From: a virus | Taxonomy: Duplodnaviria; Caudoviricetes | DNA length: 25,317 nt | Virus record (IMG/VR): IMGVR_UViG_3300016476_000382 | Coordinates: 1-25,317 of that record | Strand: one strand, 5' to 3' | Shown here: one piece after another, positions 24,604 to 25,317 of the stretch | Layout of the letters: each line of letters starts with the position of its first letter | How positions within the stretch are numbered: position 1 is the stretch's first letter | Position numbers and translations under genes: made by a program | Notes under the pieces: model-generated | Databases searched by the model: none | What the model was told of the DNA's origin: nothing | The model's input: only the letters and a program-made list of their open reading frames with translations

Positions 24604-25316
24604 GCATCCTTCGGACATTTTTCATAATCAGTTTTAAATGGACAATATTTACAATGTTTATCGCCTTTACCTGATATTGCTAGGTATGTCTTAGTTTCAT
24701 TTTTATTGCCTTCTAAATCAAAACAAGCTTCTACAAATGCATCTATTTGTCGCTGCACTTTTTTTTGTGTAACTGATCCAGCAGCTGGCTTAAATTGTTG
24801 AATTCGCTTTTGTGGAAACATTGACTCTTCAATGATCTTTCTTTTAACGATAAAGAATTCAACTGTTATGTTGTCTTTAGGTACACCAAACTGATCTGAG
24901 AAAAAGTTTTTATATGCAACCAATTGTGCTGTTTTAATTGGATCTGCTTTTTGATGTTGATTCCAACCCATTCTGCTAGTTTTAATATCTAGTATATGAA
25001 TTGTATTGCTAGGAACGTGTCGTAACACAACATCAATAAATCCATACCAATATACAGAAGGATTTGCTTTAGATGCCGGAGTACATAATTCTAATTCAAT
25101 ACCAACTAGTTCCCAATCTTTGCTACTAAAATATTGCGTTCTTCGTTTTTTAAACCAATCTAATATAGCAGCACCATCTTCTAGATACTCTGCTAATTGA
25201 GTAGCGTTTGAGAAATGTACACCACCATTGGATTCTAGACATCTAGCATATTCCGCTCTTAGTTTTTGTGTTAGTATTGCACGTAAATCTAGGTTATCAG
25301 CACGTTTCACTGAATC
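24588..25316 (-). CDS. PD-(D/E)XK nuclease, Cas4/RecB/AddB-like; 5' end truncated by window edge
   Basis: GIELEL...GFIDVVL...ILDIKTS...QLVAY and C-terminal CKYCPF......C (Fe-S-type cysteines); frame open to the right edge. Confidence 0.87.
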   Translation of the reverse strand, partial: DSVKRADNLDLRAILTQKLRAEYARCLESNGGVHFSNATQLAEYLEDGAAILDWFKKRRTQYFSSKDWELVGIELELCTPASKANPSVYWYGFIDVVLRHVPSNTIHILDIKTSRMGWNQHQKADPIKTAQLVAYKNFFSDQFGVPKDNITVEFFIVKRKIIEESMFPQKRIQQFKPAAGSVTQKKVQRQIDAFVEACFDLEGNKNETKTYLAISGKGDKHCKYCPFKTDYEKCPKDARIRK

Positions 25317-25317
25317 T

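Noticed and set aside
697-25200. All + strand ORFs in the track (e.g. 697-1110, 1879-2166, 6108-6410, 11410-11706)
   Set aside because: Each lies antisense to a longer, motif-bearing minus-strand gene and has no recognisable motifs. The S/P-rich 697-1110 ORF simply mirrors the acidic vWA linker.
24588-25316. Cas4-like nuclease as evidence of a CRISPR-Cas system
   Set aside because: No repeat-spacer array or other cas genes are visible, and stand-alone Cas4/RecB-like nucleases are common in phages.
1-25317. Stop-codon reassignment, as in some large phages
   Set aside because: Genes are full length and tightly tiled under the standard code, and TAG (13667) and TGA (13285, 6712) act as ordinary stops.

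Overview
AT-rich, gene-dense segment with about 34 real genes, all on the minus strand. It looks like part of a large lytic dsDNA phage (T4-like/jumbo type) using the standard genetic code. In transcription order (right to left) it holds: a truncated Cas4/RecB-like PD-(D/E)XK nuclease; a SLOG protein; a 9-gene sugar-modification cluster (2 GT4, 3 GT2, 1 GT-A-like, DegT aminotransferase, GNAT, GDP-fucose synthase); a lysis cassette (2-TM protein, unannotated 17-aa ORF, GH19 endolysin, holin); a block of probable virion/internal-head proteins; a UVR-motif protein next to ClpS; an HNH protein; and a MoxR/CobS-like AAA+ ATPase followed by an HExxH-peptidase-vWA (CobT-like) partner that the ORF track misses because it runs off the left edge. 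Four signals stand out. (1) Unrelated enzymes (nucleotidyltransferase, lysozyme-LysM, zincin, a pre-toxin-TG-like protein) share an N-terminal (L/I)xE leader, suggesting a capsid-packaged, protease-matured effector payload. (2) An 11-bp hairpin buries the RBS of the first lysis gene and carries a putative late promoter in its loop. (3) Two promoter classes recur, TWGGAT-N17-TATAWT and ATATTTAT, several placed for leaderless mRNA. (4) The AAA+ and vWA partners sit behind two copies of the same 46-bp promoter. No tRNA, rRNA, CRISPR array or IS was seen. All family calls come from motif recognition by eye, not from database searches.
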